Positions 1-10,581 are shown, counted from the first letter of the stretch. The stretch: DNA of 64,000 bases from Candidatus Chisholmbacteria bacterium RIFCSPHIGHO2_01_FULL_52_32 (GCA_001816585.1 MHCJ01000003.1:778681-842680); one strand, 5' to 3'. The notes: generated by a model from the sequence alone, not told the origin. A program made the numbers and translations.

Positions 1-69
1 GACCTTTTGGTGTTTGGCAAGGTACGCATTTCTGATTCTTGTGGCAAAGTCTCCAATTGTGTCAATCAT
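1..69 (-). CDS. rpsH: 30S ribosomal protein S8, N-terminal part (runs off the window)
   Basis: Manual translation MIDTIGDFATRIRNAYLAKHQKV matches the S8 N-terminus; follows rpsN in spc order. Confidence 0.93.
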   Translation of the reverse strand, partial: MIDTIGDFATRIRNAYLAKHQKV

Positions 70-89
70 AAGATAAGAATAGGATATAG

Positions 90-110
90 CCTGCCTGCCG
101 GCGAGGCAGG
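90..110. repeat. 21-bp palindromic element CCTGCCT-GCCGGCG-AGGCAGG (REP-like)
   Basis: Perfect 7-bp inverted arms in the rpsN-rpsH spacer. Confidence 0.7.
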
Positions 111-127
111 GGTATAGGGTTCTGTTA

Positions 128-313
128 TTACCATGATGCTTTGGTGACTCCCGGCAATTCTCCTTTATGGGCAAGTTCTCTGAAACAGAGGCGGCAAATT
201 CCGAACTGGCGGAGGTAGGATCTGGGTCTGCCGCAAAGCTGGCAGCGGTTGTGCTTCCTTGAGGAAAATTTCGGTTTTCTCTGATCTTTGAGGATTTTCG
301 ATTTTTTTGCCAT
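128..313 (-). CDS. rpsN: 30S ribosomal protein S14, zinc-binding type Z
   Basis: 61 aa, RCQLCGRPR...[22 protein letters not shown]. Confidence 0.98.
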   Translation of the reverse strand: MAKKSKILKDQRKPKFSSRKHNRCQLCGRPRSYLRQFGICRLCFRELAHKGELPGVTKASW

Positions 314-331
314 CGTTTGACTCCTTCGATT

Positions 332-405
332 CCTTCGACTCCGCTCCCTTCGGTTCCACTCAGGGCAAGCAGGACTAGTTATCCTTCGACTCTGCTCAGG
401 ACAAG
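332..405. repeat. Three copies (two nested) of a ~23-bp REP-like unit CCTTCGACTCYGCTCAGGACAAG
   Basis: Outer copy 332-345 + 370-378, inner copy 346-369, third copy 383-405. Confidence 0.75.
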
Positions 406-1001
406 TTATCCTTCCTTCGCGGAATTCTCCTTTCGTCAGACAGTTTACCCTTAGCCAATTCTGGCTTGGCGAAGGGCATGCCTAATAGCTCCAATAGCCG
501 CATTGCCAGTTTGTCTTCTTTCGCTGTGGTCGTGATTGTTATTTCAAGACCTCGGGTTTTGCTGATTTTATCATAACTTACCTCTGGAAAGATGAGCTGT
601 TCTGTTACCCCCAAAGAGTAGTTCCCATGTCCGTCAAAGGCCGTTTTTTTCGTTCCTTGGAAATCCCTTACCCTGGGGAGGACTATTGTTACCAATTTTT
701 CAAAAAAATCATACATCCGTTGTCCACGCAATGTGACCTTAAGGCCAATCGGATCGCCTTCTTTTATTTTGAAGTCCGCGATAGCTTGTTTTGCCCTGGT
801 GATAACCGGCCGTTGACCGGTTATGACTGCGAGTTGTTCAGACATTTCTTTGAGGGCTTCCTTTTGGCCCTGCGGTTCATTTATTCCAGTATTCAGGAAA
901 ATGGCTTTAAGCCTCGGAGCTGCAAGCTCATTCTTCACTCCAAGCTCTTTTTTTAGGACCGGAATAATTTCTTTCTGGTATTTTTGTCTTAATCTATTCA
1001 T
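396..1001 (-). CDS. rplE: 50S ribosomal protein L5 with C-terminal extension
   Basis: [39 protein letters not shown] motifs. Confidence 0.98.
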   Translation of the reverse strand: MNRLRQKYQKEIIPVLKKELGVKNELAAPRLKAIFLNTGINEPQGQKEALKEMSEQLAVITGQRPVITRAKQAIADFKIKEGDPIGLKVTLRGQRMYDFFEKLVTIVLPRVRDFQGTKKTAFDGHGNYSLGVTEQLIFPEVSYDKISKTRGLEITITTTAKEDKLAMRLLELLGMPFAKPELAKGKLSDERRIPRRKDNLS

Positions 1002-1008
1002 CGTTTTT

Positions 1009-1317
1009 TCAAATATTGGCCTTACACTTCCGGCAAATTCTGGTCTTTCCTCCTGAAGTTTCCATTTTGTACCCTACTCTTGTGATTTGCTTGCAGGTTG
1101 GACAAATAAGGGCGACGTTTCCCATGGGAAGGGCTCTTTCACGGTCAACAATGCCTCCCGGTTTTCCCTGGCCCCTGGCTTTGACGTGTTTTTTATATTT
1201 ATTTACCCCCTCAACCAGTACTCGCATCAGGCGCGGATCAACTTTTTGCACTTTTCCCGTCTTTCCGCGATCTTTTCCGGCGGTGATTTTGACTATATCT
1301 GCAATCTTTAGCTTCAT
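1009..1317 (-). CDS. rplX: 50S ribosomal protein L24
   Basis: KOW motif GKDRGKTGKV, VEGVN; carries CxxC...CxxC. Confidence 0.97.
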   Translation of the reverse strand: MKLKIADIVKITAGKDRGKTGKVQKVDPRLMRVLVEGVNKYKKHVKARGQGKPGGIVDRERALPMGNVALICPTCKQITRVGYKMETSGGKTRICRKCKANI

Positions 1318-1348
1318 AGCTTTCTTTTTCCCGTCTGACTATCCCTCT

Positions 1349-1723
1349 TTAGATAACTTCCGGCGCAAGTGATGCAATCCGGGTAAATCCAGCATCTTTT
1401 ACTTCTCTTGCAATCGGACCGAAGATCCGTGAACCTCTTGGATTTTTGGTCTCCAGCGCGTCGATCAGTACACAAGCGTTGTTGTCGAACCGAATGTAGC
1501 TCCCATCCTGGCGTCGGTATTCTTTCTTGGTCCTGACGATCACCGCCTTGACCACTTCTCCTTTTTTGACTTGCCCCTGAGGGTCGGCGACGATAACGGC
1601 GGCTGTTATCATGTCACCAACGTGCGCAAATTTTCGCTTAAACCCTCCATGAATGTGGATGAGCCGAAGCAGCTTGGCTCCCGTATTATCCGCTGGTTTT
1701 AGGACTGTACGCAATTGAACCAT
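1349..1723 (-). CDS. rplN: 50S ribosomal protein L14
   Basis: [34 protein letters not shown]. Confidence 0.98.
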   Translation of the reverse strand: MVQLRTVLKPADNTGAKLLRLIHIHGGFKRKFAHVGDMITAAVIVADPQGQVKKGEVVKAVIVRTKKEYRRQDGSYIRFDNNACVLIDALETKNPRGSRIFGPIAREVKDAGFTRIASLAPEVI

Positions 1724-1729
1724 CGTTTA

Positions 1730-1972
1730 TTACTCCCTTCCTTTTTGCTCCAGTTTCCCGACAATTTGCCATCGTTTCCGCTTACTTCGGGGCCTGGCTT
1801 GGGCAATTTTGACCTGGTCACCGACTTTGACCCCAATCTCATCATGAGCTAGGTATGTTTTCGTTTTCGTGACGATCTTTTTATACACCGGGTGACGCCA
1901 AGAACGATCGACCTCTACTTTAGCCGTCTTGGCCATTTTTGTCCCCGTGACTTTGCCGATTGTTACCCTCAT
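1730..1972 (-). CDS. rpsQ: 30S ribosomal protein S17
   Basis: HPVYKK, AHDE, RPRSKRKRW. Confidence 0.97.
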   Translation of the reverse strand: MRVTIGKVTGTKMAKTAKVEVDRSWRHPVYKKIVTKTKTYLAHDEIGVKVGDQVKIAQARPRSKRKRWQIVGKLEQKGRE

Positions 1973-2181
1973 ACTTTCCTTTTTGCGAGCTGCTTTTCTC
2001 GAATAAACGTCTCCAGTATTGCGATTTCTTTCCGTTTCTTTGCGTAGGTATGAAGGTCTTTGAGTTTGCCACTTTCTTTTTGCATACGGAGATTGATGAG
2101 TTCTTTCTTAGATTCCTCAGCCTTTTTTTTCAGCTCTTCTAGGGTTTGCTCGTAGAGTTTTTGTTTTTCGTTCTTCTTCAT
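1969..2181 (-). CDS. rpmC: 50S ribosomal protein L29
   Basis: 70-aa helical protein between rplP and rpsQ; LRMQ...RKEIAILET. Confidence 0.93.
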   Translation of the reverse strand: MKKNEKQKLYEQTLEELKKKAEESKKELINLRMQKESGKLKDLHTYAKKRKEIAILETFIREKQLAKRKV

Positions 2182-2189
2182 TTTTTTCC

Positions 2190-2597
2190 TTATTCCCGCT
2201 TTACAAATCTTGTCCGCACCGGCAATTTGTGTGCAGCTCTGCGGAAGGACTCTTTGGCTACCGCCTCCGTTACTCCTCCAAGTTCGAATATCACGCGTCC
2301 TGGTTTCACTGTTACCACGTACTGATCAATATCTCCCTTTCCTGAACCCATCTTCGATCCCGGAGCTTTGCGCGTAACCGGTTTGTCCGGGAAAATGCGA
2401 ACCCACATCTTTCCTGTCCGCTTTGTCTGATGGGCAATGGTACGCCTGGCGGCTTCTATTTGACGCGAGGTTACCCATCCGCGAGTCAGGCTCTTTAGAC
2501 CATACTCACCAAAATCCACATTGGCTCCTCTTCCGGCAACCCCTTTCATTGTGCCCCGGAATTCTTTCCGGTATTTTCTTTTTTTCGGCTGTAACAT
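2190..2597 (-). CDS. rplP: 50S ribosomal protein L16
   Basis: MLQPKKRKYRK, QIEAAR, RIFPDKP, MGSGKG. Confidence 0.98.
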   Translation of the reverse strand: MLQPKKRKYRKEFRGTMKGVAGRGANVDFGEYGLKSLTRGWVTSRQIEAARRTIAHQTKRTGKMWVRIFPDKPVTRKAPGSKMGSGKGDIDQYVVTVKPGRVIFELGGVTEAVAKESFRRAAHKLPVRTRFVKRE

Positions 2598-2600
2598 AGG

Positions 2601-3260
2601 CTATGTCGTCTGTTTTTCTCCTTTATAAATCCATACTTTCAACCCCACATATCCAGATTTCGTAAAGGCGGTCACTTGGCTATAATCAATGTCGGCGCGG
2701 AGTGTTTGAGACGGAATTGATCCTTGGCTGTATTTCTCTCTTCGGGAGATTTCTGCACCTGCGATTCTGCCTGAAAGGACAATCTTTACTCCCCTAGCCC
2801 CGGCGCTCATGACGCGTTCTATCGCCTGGGATACCGCGCGCCTGTGAGGATACCTTTTCTCAAGTTGTTCGGCGATCCTGGTGGCCACCAGCCTGGCTTG
2901 GAGGTCCGGATCTTTGACTTCTACGATATCGTCAATGACCACCTTCTGGCTCTTTGGATCGTTAGGGTTAATACCCAACACGTTCATCACCTCACCCTTG
3001 AGCTGCTCAAGCGCAGTTCCTCCCCTGCCTATCACCACACCCGGTCTTGAGACATTGAGAATAATCCGTATCGCATTGATTGACCGCTCGATCTCCACTT
3101 TCGTAATTCCGGCAAGCTCCAACTTTTTCATGAGAAAGCGTCGGAGCTTGACGTCCTGAAGTACCTGTTTGGCGTAATCGCGTTTGTTGGCAAACCAGCG
3201 CGATCGCCAAGTGTATAAGTTTCCGAGTCGAAACCCGAATGGGTTAACTTTTTGCCCCAT
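2601..3260 (-). CDS. rpsC: 30S ribosomal protein S3
   Basis: MGQKVNPFGFRLG, RPGVVIGRGG, SGRIAGAEI, TLRADIDY. Confidence 0.98.
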   Translation of the reverse strand: MGQKVNPFGFRLGNLYTWRSRWFANKRDYAKQVLQDVKLRRFLMKKLELAGITKVEIERSINAIRIILNVSRPGVVIGRGGTALEQLKGEVMNVLGINPNDPKSQKVVIDDIVEVKDPDLQARLVATRIAEQLEKRYPHRRAVSQAIERVMSAGARGVKIVLSGRIAGAEISRREKYSQGSIPSQTLRADIDYSQVTAFTKSGYVGLKVWIYKGEKQTT

Positions 3261-3627
3261 CTTTTAATCCTTTCTTTTGGTCCGTCTTACTTTCTTCTGA
3301 TTTCAGAATGATCGTAATATGCGAAGTCCTCTTCTTTATTGCATGTGCTCTCCCCCGACTCACCGCATTCCAACGCTTGAGCGTTGGTCCCGCACCAACA
3401 GAAATTCTTTCGAATCGGAGGCTCTCCTCACTGAGGTTTGCATTCTTTACGGCGTTGGCGACAGCTTGTTTTATCGTCTTTGCTAAAGGGATGGAGGCAG
3501 TTTTTCGAATAAACTGTAATTTCTCTATTGCTTGGTTTGGCTTCAAGTTCCTAATGGCATCGGCCACCAAACGAATTTTTCGAGGGGATATGCGAATATA
3601 TTTTTGCTGGGCCTTTACTCGTATCAT
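3244..3627 (-). CDS. rplV: 50S ribosomal protein L22
   Basis: RISPRKIRLVAD, GPTLKR, KRTSHITI. Confidence 0.98.
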   Translation of the reverse strand: MIRVKAQQKYIRISPRKIRLVADAIRNLKPNQAIEKLQFIRKTASIPLAKTIKQAVANAVKNANLSEESLRFERISVGAGPTLKRWNAVSRGRAHAIKKRTSHITIILKSEESKTDQKKGLKDGAKS

Positions 3628-3646
3628 GCTTTCCTTTGACTACTTT

Positions 3647-3931
3647 TTATGTCTTTGTCAGAAGCCTCTTGACCATCCTTCCGTGCCCATGGAATGTCCG
3701 GGTCGGAGAAAATTCTCCCAATCGATGCCCCACCATTGCTTCCGTAATATAGACTTCTTTAAATAACTTTCCGTTATGGACAAGAAAAGTATGCCCGACA
3801 AATTCCGGAGGAATTTGGCTGTCCCGTGACCAGGTTTTGATCGGCTCCTTGTTTCCTGTCTCTTTCTGTCTCTGCACTTTGATCAGGAGTTTTTCATCAA
3901 TAAATGGTCCTTTTTTACTCGAACGGCTCAT
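3647..3931 (-). CDS. rpsS: 30S ribosomal protein S19
   Basis: [28 protein letters not shown]. Confidence 0.98.
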   Translation of the reverse strand: MSRSSKKGPFIDEKLLIKVQRQKETGNKEPIKTWSRDSQIPPEFVGHTFLVHNGKLFKEVYITEAMVGHRLGEFSPTRTFHGHGRMVKRLLTKT

Positions 3932-3956
3932 AGAGGCTGGCTCCTTTATTCTCTTC

Positions 3957-4796
3957 TCACTTTTGTCTTCTATCTTTGATGATGAATCGGTCCGAATACT
4001 TCCTGTTCTTTCGGGTTCTCTTACCTAAGGTTGGTTTTCCCCACGGGCTTTTCGGTGATGGCATGCCAATTCCGGAGCGGCCTTCTCCGCCTCCATGGGG
4101 ATGTGCTGCCGGATGCATTGCCACACCTCGTACAGAAGGACGAATTCCCCTATGGCGAGTTCTTCCGGCTTTGCCGAACTTCACCGTCTTCCACTGTTCA
4201 TTTCCCACCTGACCGACGGTTGCATACGCGCGAAGGCTTATGAGCCGTTCTTCCCGACTCGGCAGTTGAACTGTCGCAAAGCCTTGTTCCTTTGACTGGA
4301 TAAGGGCTGCCACTCCCGCTCCCCGTACCAGCTGTCCTCCTTTTCCAGGATGGACCTCGATGTTGTGGATGGGCATCCCGACCGGAATCTTAGCCAGTGG
4401 GAGAGCGTTTCCCACTTTGATCTCGGCGTCTTCTCCGGAAGACACCCAATCGTTCACCTTCAAACCTGCGGGAGCGAGGATGTAGCGTTTTTCCCCATCC
4501 CGATAGTAAATTCTGGCGATATTGGCGCGGCGCAATGGATCGTACTCAATGGCAACGACCCTTCCCGGTATACCACTTTTGTCCCTTTTAAAATCAATAC
4601 GGCGTATCAGTTTCTTCTGCCCTCCGCCCTGATGGCGAACCGTGATTTTTCCTGTTTGGTTTCTTCCGGACCGCTGTTTTATCGCTCCCATAATAAGCGA
4701 TTTCTCCGGATCTGAATTCGTGATCGTTGTTTCTCCCCGCAGGTCGCTGCGGTGCCTTGTTCCCGGACTGGTTGGTTTTCTTTTGATGACAGGCAT
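3957..4796 (-). CDS. rplB: 50S ribosomal protein L2 (start at ATG 4796; the ORF extends to 4826)
   Basis: [31 protein letters not shown]. Confidence 0.98.
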   Translation of the reverse strand: MPVIKRKPTSPGTRHRSDLRGETTITNSDPEKSLIMGAIKQRSGRNQTGKITVRHQGGGQKKLIRRIDFKRDKSGIPGRVVAIEYDPLRRANIARIYYRDGEKRYILAPAGLKVNDWVSSGEDAEIKVGNALPLAKIPVGMPIHNIEVHPGKGGQLVRGAGVAALIQSKEQGFATVQLPSREERLISLRAYATVGQVGNEQWKTVKFGKAGRTRHRGIRPSVRGVAMHPAAHPHGGGEGRSGIGMPSPKSPWGKPTLGKRTRKNRKYSDRFIIKDRRQK

Positions 4797-4809
4797 CGGT
4801 TCCCTCCTC

Positions 4810-5103
4810 TTAAGACTTTGTCTCAAATACCTCTATTTTCTGACCTTCCTTAAGCTTAATGACTGCCTTCTTCCGGTCATGCGTTCTCACCGTATGACGG
4901 AATTTTCCTACCCGGTGTGTTTTTCCGGAAGCCTTTGCAGTATTGACTGCTATGACCGTGACGCCAAAGGCAGCTTCTACCGCTCGTTTGATCTGTCCTT
5001 TGCTCGTATGATGTTCCACTTCAAAAGTGTAGCTTCCGCTTGAGGTTTTGATCATCGATTTTTCCGTAATGGTGGGACGTCTTAACACGTTTAATCGTCT
5101 CAT
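4810..5103 (-). CDS. rplW: 50S ribosomal protein L23
   Basis: [20 protein letters not shown]. Confidence 0.97.
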   Translation of the reverse strand: MRRLNVLRRPTITEKSMIKTSSGSYTFEVEHHTSKGQIKRAVEAAFGVTVIAVNTAKASGKTHRVGKFRHTVRTHDRKKAVIKLKEGQKIEVFETKS

Positions 5104-5897
5104 GATCGTGTTTTCCTTCCCTGCCTTTTTTGTCCGGTTTCCCTTTTCTTTGTGTTTCTGGTGTTTTTTCCCTGCTTTGTTCTTCGTACTGCTTTCTCAA
5201 TTCTTTCCGGTTTGAAGGCTTGAATTTCCTGCTTTTTCCGCGATTGTTTACCACCGGACTTTTCTGTCGTTCCTGTGTATATCTCTTCCATCGAGGGCAG
5301 GGCACTTTTCGGGACTACCATCATTCCTCCAGTTAAGATGTCGTAGGCATTCAGCGACTTTACCGATAGGAGATGCATCCCTTTTACGTTTCTTGCACCC
5401 CGTATGATCGAGTGGTTTCCCTCCGGTACGATGATCGATATCCGATTGACATCGCCTGCCACCTTTTTGAGGATTTTTTTTATCTTACTCGTTTTGGGTT
5501 CCACTTCCTCGAGTCCGTCCACCACCACCAGTTCTTTCTTCTCAAGCTTTTGGCTTAATGCAAAAAGGAGCGCCTTTCTCCGCAGGCTTTTTGGGAACTC
5601 CATTTTGTAGTTTTCTTTTCCGGTTGGGCCATGGGCAACACCACCGCCGACAAAAATGGGGGCTTGGGCATCACCATGACGGGCCCTGCCAGTTCCTTTT
5701 TGCCGCCAAATTTTCCTTCCGGACCCTCGGACCTCACCGCGCGTCTTTGCTCTGGCTTGAGCACGGCGCTTGTTGGACAAATATATCCGTATTGCAAGGC
5801 TAAGAAGCTTGAGATTTCCGGTTGCCACAAACATTTCCTCGGGAAGATTTATTTTCCCGACCGGTTCTCCTTTGGTATTAACGACTTTGACTTGCAT
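5100..5897 (-). CDS. rplD: 50S ribosomal protein L4 with long basic C-terminal tail
   Basis: KTRGEVRGSGRKIWRQKGTGRARHG, GGGVAHGP. Confidence 0.97.
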   Translation of the reverse strand: MQVKVVNTKGEPVGKINLPEEMFVATGNLKLLSLAIRIYLSNKRRAQARAKTRGEVRGSGRKIWRQKGTGRARHGDAQAPIFVGGGVAHGPTGKENYKMEFPKSLRRKALLFALSQKLEKKELVVVDGLEEVEPKTSKIKKILKKVAGDVNRISIIVPEGNHSIIRGARNVKGMHLLSVKSLNAYDILTGGMMVVPKSALPSMEEIYTGTTEKSGGKQSRKKQEIQAFKPERIEKAVRRTKQGKNTRNTKKRETGQKRQGRKTRS

Positions 5898-6627
5898 CGG
5901 CTGGTGTCTCTCCTTCTATCACCTGGTTGGTTTTCATATCTTCTGCCTCTTTCTTCTCAAGGTGTTCAGACTCTGCCTCTATCCCTGGAAATTTTTTGCT
6001 TTCTCCGACTTTCTTGATGATCAAGAGTCCTTTTCTTCTCCCCGGAACTTGCCCAGTGAGCCAAATCTCTCCGCTCGGGTCCACTTTGACAATCATGAGA
6101 TTTCTTATCGTCACGGTTGCATTCCCGGATCTTCCCGCCATCTTCTTGCCTTTGTAGACGCGTCCGGGGGTGGTGGTTTGTCCAATTGATCCAGGCGCAC
6201 GCTCCCTGTCTGACTGCCCATGGGTCCGTGGCCCTCCCTTAAATCCCCAACGCTTTACCACTCCCGTAAAGCCTTTTCCGAGGCTTTGGCCGGTGACGTT
6301 TGCTAAGTCTCCGGGCTTGAAGAGCTTATCGACGGTGATCAGGTCTCCGACGTTTACCTTGTCCTCCTCTCTAATCCTCAGTTCCCTCAGGAACCGTGGG
6401 ATACTCTTGATGCCTTTTTTCTGCAACTGGCCCAAAACAGCATTGCTTGGGGCGCGTTTTCTTTCACCCAGGCCTACCTGAATGGCCAGATACCCATCCT
6501 GACTTACCGTTTTTACCTTCGTTACCAGACAGGGTCCGGCTTTGACGATAGTGACCGGAATGCGTCTCCCGTCCTTTAGGAACGTTTGCGCCATTTGTTC
6601 CTTTGTCCCAAGGATTGCGTTGAGCAT
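5878..6627 (-). CDS. rplC: 50S ribosomal protein L3 with acidic C-terminal tail
   Basis: IPVTIV, GKGFTGVVKRWGF, RAPGSIG, PGRVYKGKKMAG. Confidence 0.98.
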   Translation of the reverse strand: MLNAILGTKEQMAQTFLKDGRRIPVTIVKAGPCLVTKVKTVSQDGYLAIQVGLGERKRAPSNAVLGQLQKKGIKSIPRFLRELRIREEDKVNVGDLITVDKLFKPGDLANVTGQSLGKGFTGVVKRWGFKGGPRTHGQSDRERAPGSIGQTTTPGRVYKGKKMAGRSGNATVTIRNLMIVKVDPSGEIWLTGQVPGRRKGLLIIKKVGESKKFPGIEAESEHLEKKEAEDMKTNQVIEGETPADASQSR

Positions 6628-6671
6628 ATTCTAATTCCTATCCTTCTTCTGTTTATCTCATTATGAGCAAT

Positions 6672-6698
6672 AAAAAACGATCCGGATGGATCGCTTTT
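6672..6698 (-). terminator. Intrinsic terminator-like hairpin between rpsJ and rplC
   Basis: Minus strand CGATCC-ATCC-GGATCG followed by TTTTTT. Confidence 0.6.
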
Positions 6699-6803
6699 CG
6701 AGGCTTTCCGTCCTGTCTTTTCTCTTGTGTTCAGCCTGTTTTCTGGTCCCCCAAATCTCCCTCCTTTAAGGAAGATGAGGATGCGATTTGATCATCCTTT
6801 TCT

Positions 6804-7112
6804 TCACATCTTGATTTCGATTCCTACTCCGGCGGGCAGCTCCAGATGCATGAGCGAATCAATGGTTTTCGATGTCGGTTCTTTAATATCGATAAGGCGC
6901 TTGTGTGTAAGGATTTGAAAATGCTCCCTGGCGTCCTTGTCGGTATGCGGACTGGTTAATACCGCGAGCATCTTTCGGTCCGTAGGCAGAGGAACAGGAC
7001 CGACCACTTGCGCTCCTGTTGCTAGTGCAGTCTCAAGGATTTTGGCCGCTGCCTCATCGATAACTCGATGATCGTACCCTTTTAAACGTACGCGAATTCT
7101 GCCCTTCGGCAT
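6804..7112 (-). CDS. rpsJ: 30S ribosomal protein S10
   Basis: [34 protein letters not shown]. Confidence 0.98.
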   Translation of the reverse strand: MPKGRIRVRLKGYDHRVIDEAAAKILETALATGAQVVGPVPLPTDRKMLAVLTSPHTDKDAREHFQILTHKRLIDIKEPTSKTIDSLMHLELPAGVGIEIKM

Positions 7113-7129
7113 ACTTCTTTTTTCAATTC

Positions 7130-7170
7130 AAACGAAATGGGCAACGTCATTGCCGTTGCCCATCTTTTTT
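7130..7170. terminator. Hairpin downstream of tuf (possibly bidirectional terminator)
   Basis: Perfect 10-bp stem ATGGGCAACG/CGTTGCCCAT with T-rich flanks. Confidence 0.65.
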
Positions 7171-7173
7171 ATC

Positions 7174-8373
7174 TTAGGCGATGATTTTTGTAATGACTCC
7201 TGCGCCGATGGTGTGGCCGCCTTCTCTTATGGCAAACCGCAGGTTCTGCTCCATGGCGACTGTTTGAATCAACTTCACCATCATCTTGGCACTGTCGCCA
7301 GGCATAACCATCTCGACTCCTTCGGGGAGCTTGATTTCTCCCGTGACATCCGCAGTGCGGATGAAGAATTGCGGCTTGTAGCCTGAGAAGAACGGTTTCT
7401 TTCTTCCCCCTTCTTCCTTCGAGAGGATGTAGACCTCAGATTCGAATTCGGTATGGGGGGTGATTGACCCGGTTTTCGCGAGGACTTGTCCCCGCTCGAC
7501 TTGTTCTTTCTCGATCCCCCTAAGGAGGATTCCCACGTTGTCTCCTGCTTGGGCCTCATCAAGCGTCTTTCTAAACATCTCTACCCCTGTCACCACCGAT
7601 TTCTGGGTGTCGCGGAGTCCGACAATCTCAATCTCCTCATTGACGGTGACTTTGCCCCGCTCAACCCTTCCGGTGACAACCGTTCCCCGTCCTTTGATAG
7701 AGAACACATCTTCTATGGAGAGAAGGAAAGGTTTCTCGATATCCCTTTTGGGGGTGGGGATGTATTCATCCACCTTGTTCATCAGCTCAAGAATTGCTTT
7801 TTGAGCCTCTTTATCCCCTTCGTAGGCTTTGAGAGCAGAGCCTCGGATGACGGGGATCTCCTGACCGGGAAAGTCGTATTTCGTTAACAGTTCCCGGATT
7901 TCAAGCTCCACCAGATCAAGAAGTTCCGGGTCGTCGACCGCATCGACTTTGTTTAAAAATACCACGATCGCCGGCACATTCACCTGGCGAGCCAAGAGGA
8001 TGTGCTCTCTGGTCTGGGGCATCGGTCCATCGGTTGCGGCAACGACCAGGATTGCACCATCCATCTGGGCTGCACCCGTGATCATGTTTTTAATGTAGTC
8101 GGCGTGTCCCGGGGCATCGATGTGCGCGTAGTGTCGTTTTTCCGTTTCGTACTCGACATGCGTAATATTAATCGTCACCCCTCGCTCCTTTTCCTCCGGA
8201 GCGTTATCAATGTCATAGAAATCAAGAGACTTGGTTTTACTACCCGGAAGGCTGGCTAAGGTTTTGGTAATCGCCGCTGTGAGCGTCGTTTTTCCATGGT
8301 CAACATGACCAATGGTTCCGACATTGACATGCGGTTTGGTGCGTTCAAATTTTTGCTTGGCTGCTTCAGCCAT
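7174..8373 (-). CDS. tuf: Elongation factor Tu
   Basis: [34 protein letters not shown]. Confidence 0.99.
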   Translation of the reverse strand: MAEAAKQKFERTKPHVNVGTIGHVDHGKTTLTAAITKTLASLPGSKTKSLDFYDIDNAPEEKERGVTINITHVEYETEKRHYAHIDAPGHADYIKNMITGAAQMDGAILVVAATDGPMPQTREHILLARQVNVPAIVVFLNKVDAVDDPELLDLVELEIRELLTKYDFPGQEIPVIRGSALKAYEGDKEAQKAILELMNKVDEYIPTPKRDIEKPFLLSIEDVFSIKGRGTVVTGRVERGKVTVNEEIEIVGLRDTQKSVVTGVEMFRKTLDEAQAGDNVGILLRGIEKEQVERGQVLAKTGSITPHTEFESEVYILSKEEGGRKKPFFSGYKPQFFIRTADVTGEIKLPEGVEMVMPGDSAKMMVKLIQTVAMEQNLRFAIREGGHTIGAGVITKIIA

Positions 8374-8427
8374 GGCCCCTCCGATAATACAATTAATAAT
8401 TAATGCTGGTCGATTTCCGAGTTTTTC

Positions 8428-10581
8428 TCATTTCTTCGCTTGGGTCTCTTTCCCTGTCTTCCCTTTGCTTAACAATGCTTCCTGGATATTTGCCGGGACT
8501 TCCTCATAATGACTCGGCTCCATGTAGTAACTGGCACGACCCTGGGTCATGCTTCGTAGTATTGTAGCATATCTCGAGAGCTCTGCCAATGGGGCTAAGG
8601 CGTGGATGATTCGTACCTTGCCCCGTTGAGTTGTTCCGACAATGTGGGCGCGTTTACTCGAGAGATCGCCGATGACGTCCCCCATGAACTCTTCAGGTAC
8701 GGTAACCTCAACTTTCATGATTGGTTCAAGGAGAACCGGACTGGCCTGTTTGACGGCCGTCTGAAGCGCCATGGAACCTGCAATTTTGAAGGCAATTTCT
8801 GAGGAATCTACTTCGTGATAGGTTCCGTCGTAGAGGGTAACCTTCATGTCCACTAAGGGGTAGCCTCCGATGACGCCGTTTTCCATGGCTTCCTTGACCC
8901 CTTTTTCCACCGCAGGAATGAATTCCCGGGGAATTTTCCCTCCGACGACCTTGTTTTCAAATTCATATCCTTCGCCGCGGTTTTTTGGTTCAACCCGTAA
9001 GAAACAGTGACCATACTGTCCACGACCCCCACTTTGCCTGATATACTTTCCTTCTGCTTCTGTGGTTTGTCGGATGGTTTCCTTATAGGCTACTTGTGGA
9101 TTTCCGGTGTTGGTCTCCACCTTGAACTCCCTTTTTAACCGATCGACAATGATTTCAAGGTGCAATTCTCCCATTCCCGATACAATGGTCTGCCCTGTTT
9201 CCGGATGCACCTTGATTTTGAAGGTCGGATCTTCCTCGGCAAGCTTAGCCAGGGCCGTTCCCATGCGCTCCTGGTCTTGTCTGGTTTTTGGCTCTATTGC
9301 CAAGGCAATGACCGGTTCGGTAAACTCAATTCCTTCAAACAGGATCGGGTGGGCGCTGTCTGAGAGTGTGTCTCCGGTTGTCGTCTTGCCAGCTCCGACA
9401 ACCGCCACGATTTCTCCAGCCTCGGCATCTTCGATTTCCTCCCTTTGATTGGCATGCATGAGGAGCAAGCGTCCAATACGTTCCTGTTCCCTCTTCGTGA
9501 TGTTGGTGGCATATGATCCCGCAGCTAAATGACCAGAATAAATACGGATATAGGTTAGCCGGCCTACATGCGGGTCGGTTTGTACCTTAAACGCAAGGGC
9601 TGAGAATGGCTCGTTCGGATCCGGTTTTCTTTCCTCCTCCGCTCCGGTTTTGGGATTCACTCCCTTTTCCGGTTCCAAATCCAAGGGGCTGGGGAGAAAA
9701 TCGACCACCGCATCCAGAAGGGGCTGAACCCCTTTGTTGCGGAGGGACGACCCACAAAAGACCGGAACCAGCTCGTTTTTGATGGTTGCTCTCCGGAGGG
9801 CTTGTTTGAGCTCCTGGACACTCGGCTCTTCATCGCTGATGTATTTTTCAGTGAGCTTTTCATCTGTTTCCGCTATTCTCTCTATTACCCTGTGGCGTGC
9901 CTCTTCGACTTTCGCTTTGAGCTCTGGCGGCACTTCTTGTATGGAATACTCAGCGCCGGTTTCATCACCTTCCCAAATGATGGCCTGCCGTTCCAAAAGC
10001 AACACAATTCCCTTGAAACTCTGCTCCACACCTATGGGAATAGCCAGGACCGCTGTTTTTACCCCCAACTTTTCTTCGATATCCCCGACCGTTCTGTCAA
10101 AATTTGCTCCCAACTTATCCATTTTGTTAATGAAGCAAATCCTGGGAACGCTGTATTTGTCGGCTTGGTGCCAGACTGTTTCTGATTGGGACTGGACTCC
10201 CTCTTCTGCGTCCAATACCGTGATCCCTCCGTCAAGGACGCGTAAGGAGCGTTCGACCTCGGCAGTGAAATCCACGTGTCCCGGGGTATCAATAATATTG
10301 ATGCGATGGGGTCCTGAAAAGAGCGCCTCGGGAAGCTTTGGCGTCCACATGGTCGTGGTTGCGGCAGAAACAATGGTAATCCCGCGTTCCTTTTCCTGTT
10401 CCATCCAGTCCATCTGGGTTGTTCCTTCATCGATGTCGCCGAGTTTATAGGTCTTGCCGGTGTAATAGAGGACGCGTTCTGTCGTCGTCGTCTTCCCAGC
10501 ATCGATATGAGCAATGATGCCGATGTTGCGGATCCTCTCAAGCGGGATTTGCCTCTCCGTTTTTGTTTTTTTTACCGTCAT
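8428..10581 (-). CDS. fusA: Elongation factor G (start ATG 10581 or TTG 10593)
   Basis: [34 protein letters not shown]. Confidence 0.99.
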   Translation of the reverse strand: MTVKKTKTERQIPLERIRNIGIIAHIDAGKTTTTERVLYYTGKTYKLGDIDEGTTQMDWMEQEKERGITIVSAATTTMWTPKLPEALFSGPHRINIIDTPGHVDFTAEVERSLRVLDGGITVLDAEEGVQSQSETVWHQADKYSVPRICFINKMDKLGANFDRTVGDIEEKLGVKTAVLAIPIGVEQSFKGIVLLLERQAIIWEGDETGAEYSIQEVPPELKAKVEEARHRVIERIAETDEKLTEKYISDEEPSVQELKQALRRATIKNELVPVFCGSSLRNKGVQPLLDAVVDFLPSPLDLEPEKGVNPKTGAEEERKPDPNEPFSALAFKVQTDPHVGRLTYIRIYSGHLAAGSYATNITKREQERIGRLLLMHANQREEIEDAEAGEIVAVVGAGKTTTGDTLSDSAHPILFEGIEFTEPVIALAIEPKTRQDQERMGTALAKLAEEDPTFKIKVHPETGQTIVSGMGELHLEIIVDRLKREFKVETNTGNPQVAYKETIRQTTEAEGKYIRQSGGRGQYGHCFLRVEPKNRGEGYEFENKVVGGKIPREFIPAVEKGVKEAMENGVIGGYPLVDMKVTLYDGTYHEVDSSEIAFKIAGSMALQTAVKQASPVLLEPIMKVEVTVPEEFMGDVIGDLSSKRAHIVGTTQRGKVRIIHALAPLAELSRYATILRSMTQGRASYYMEPSHYEEVPANIQEALLSKGKTGKETQAKK

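Noticed and set aside
332-405. Possible mini-CRISPR array
   Set aside because: Repeats are nested or nearly adjacent with no unique spacers, and there are no cas genes in the window.
9734-10450. 238-aa ORF antisense to fusA, and similar shadow ORFs over rpoBC, tuf and infB
   Set aside because: They lie opposite highly conserved genes and translate to Ser/Phe-rich sequence without family motifs.
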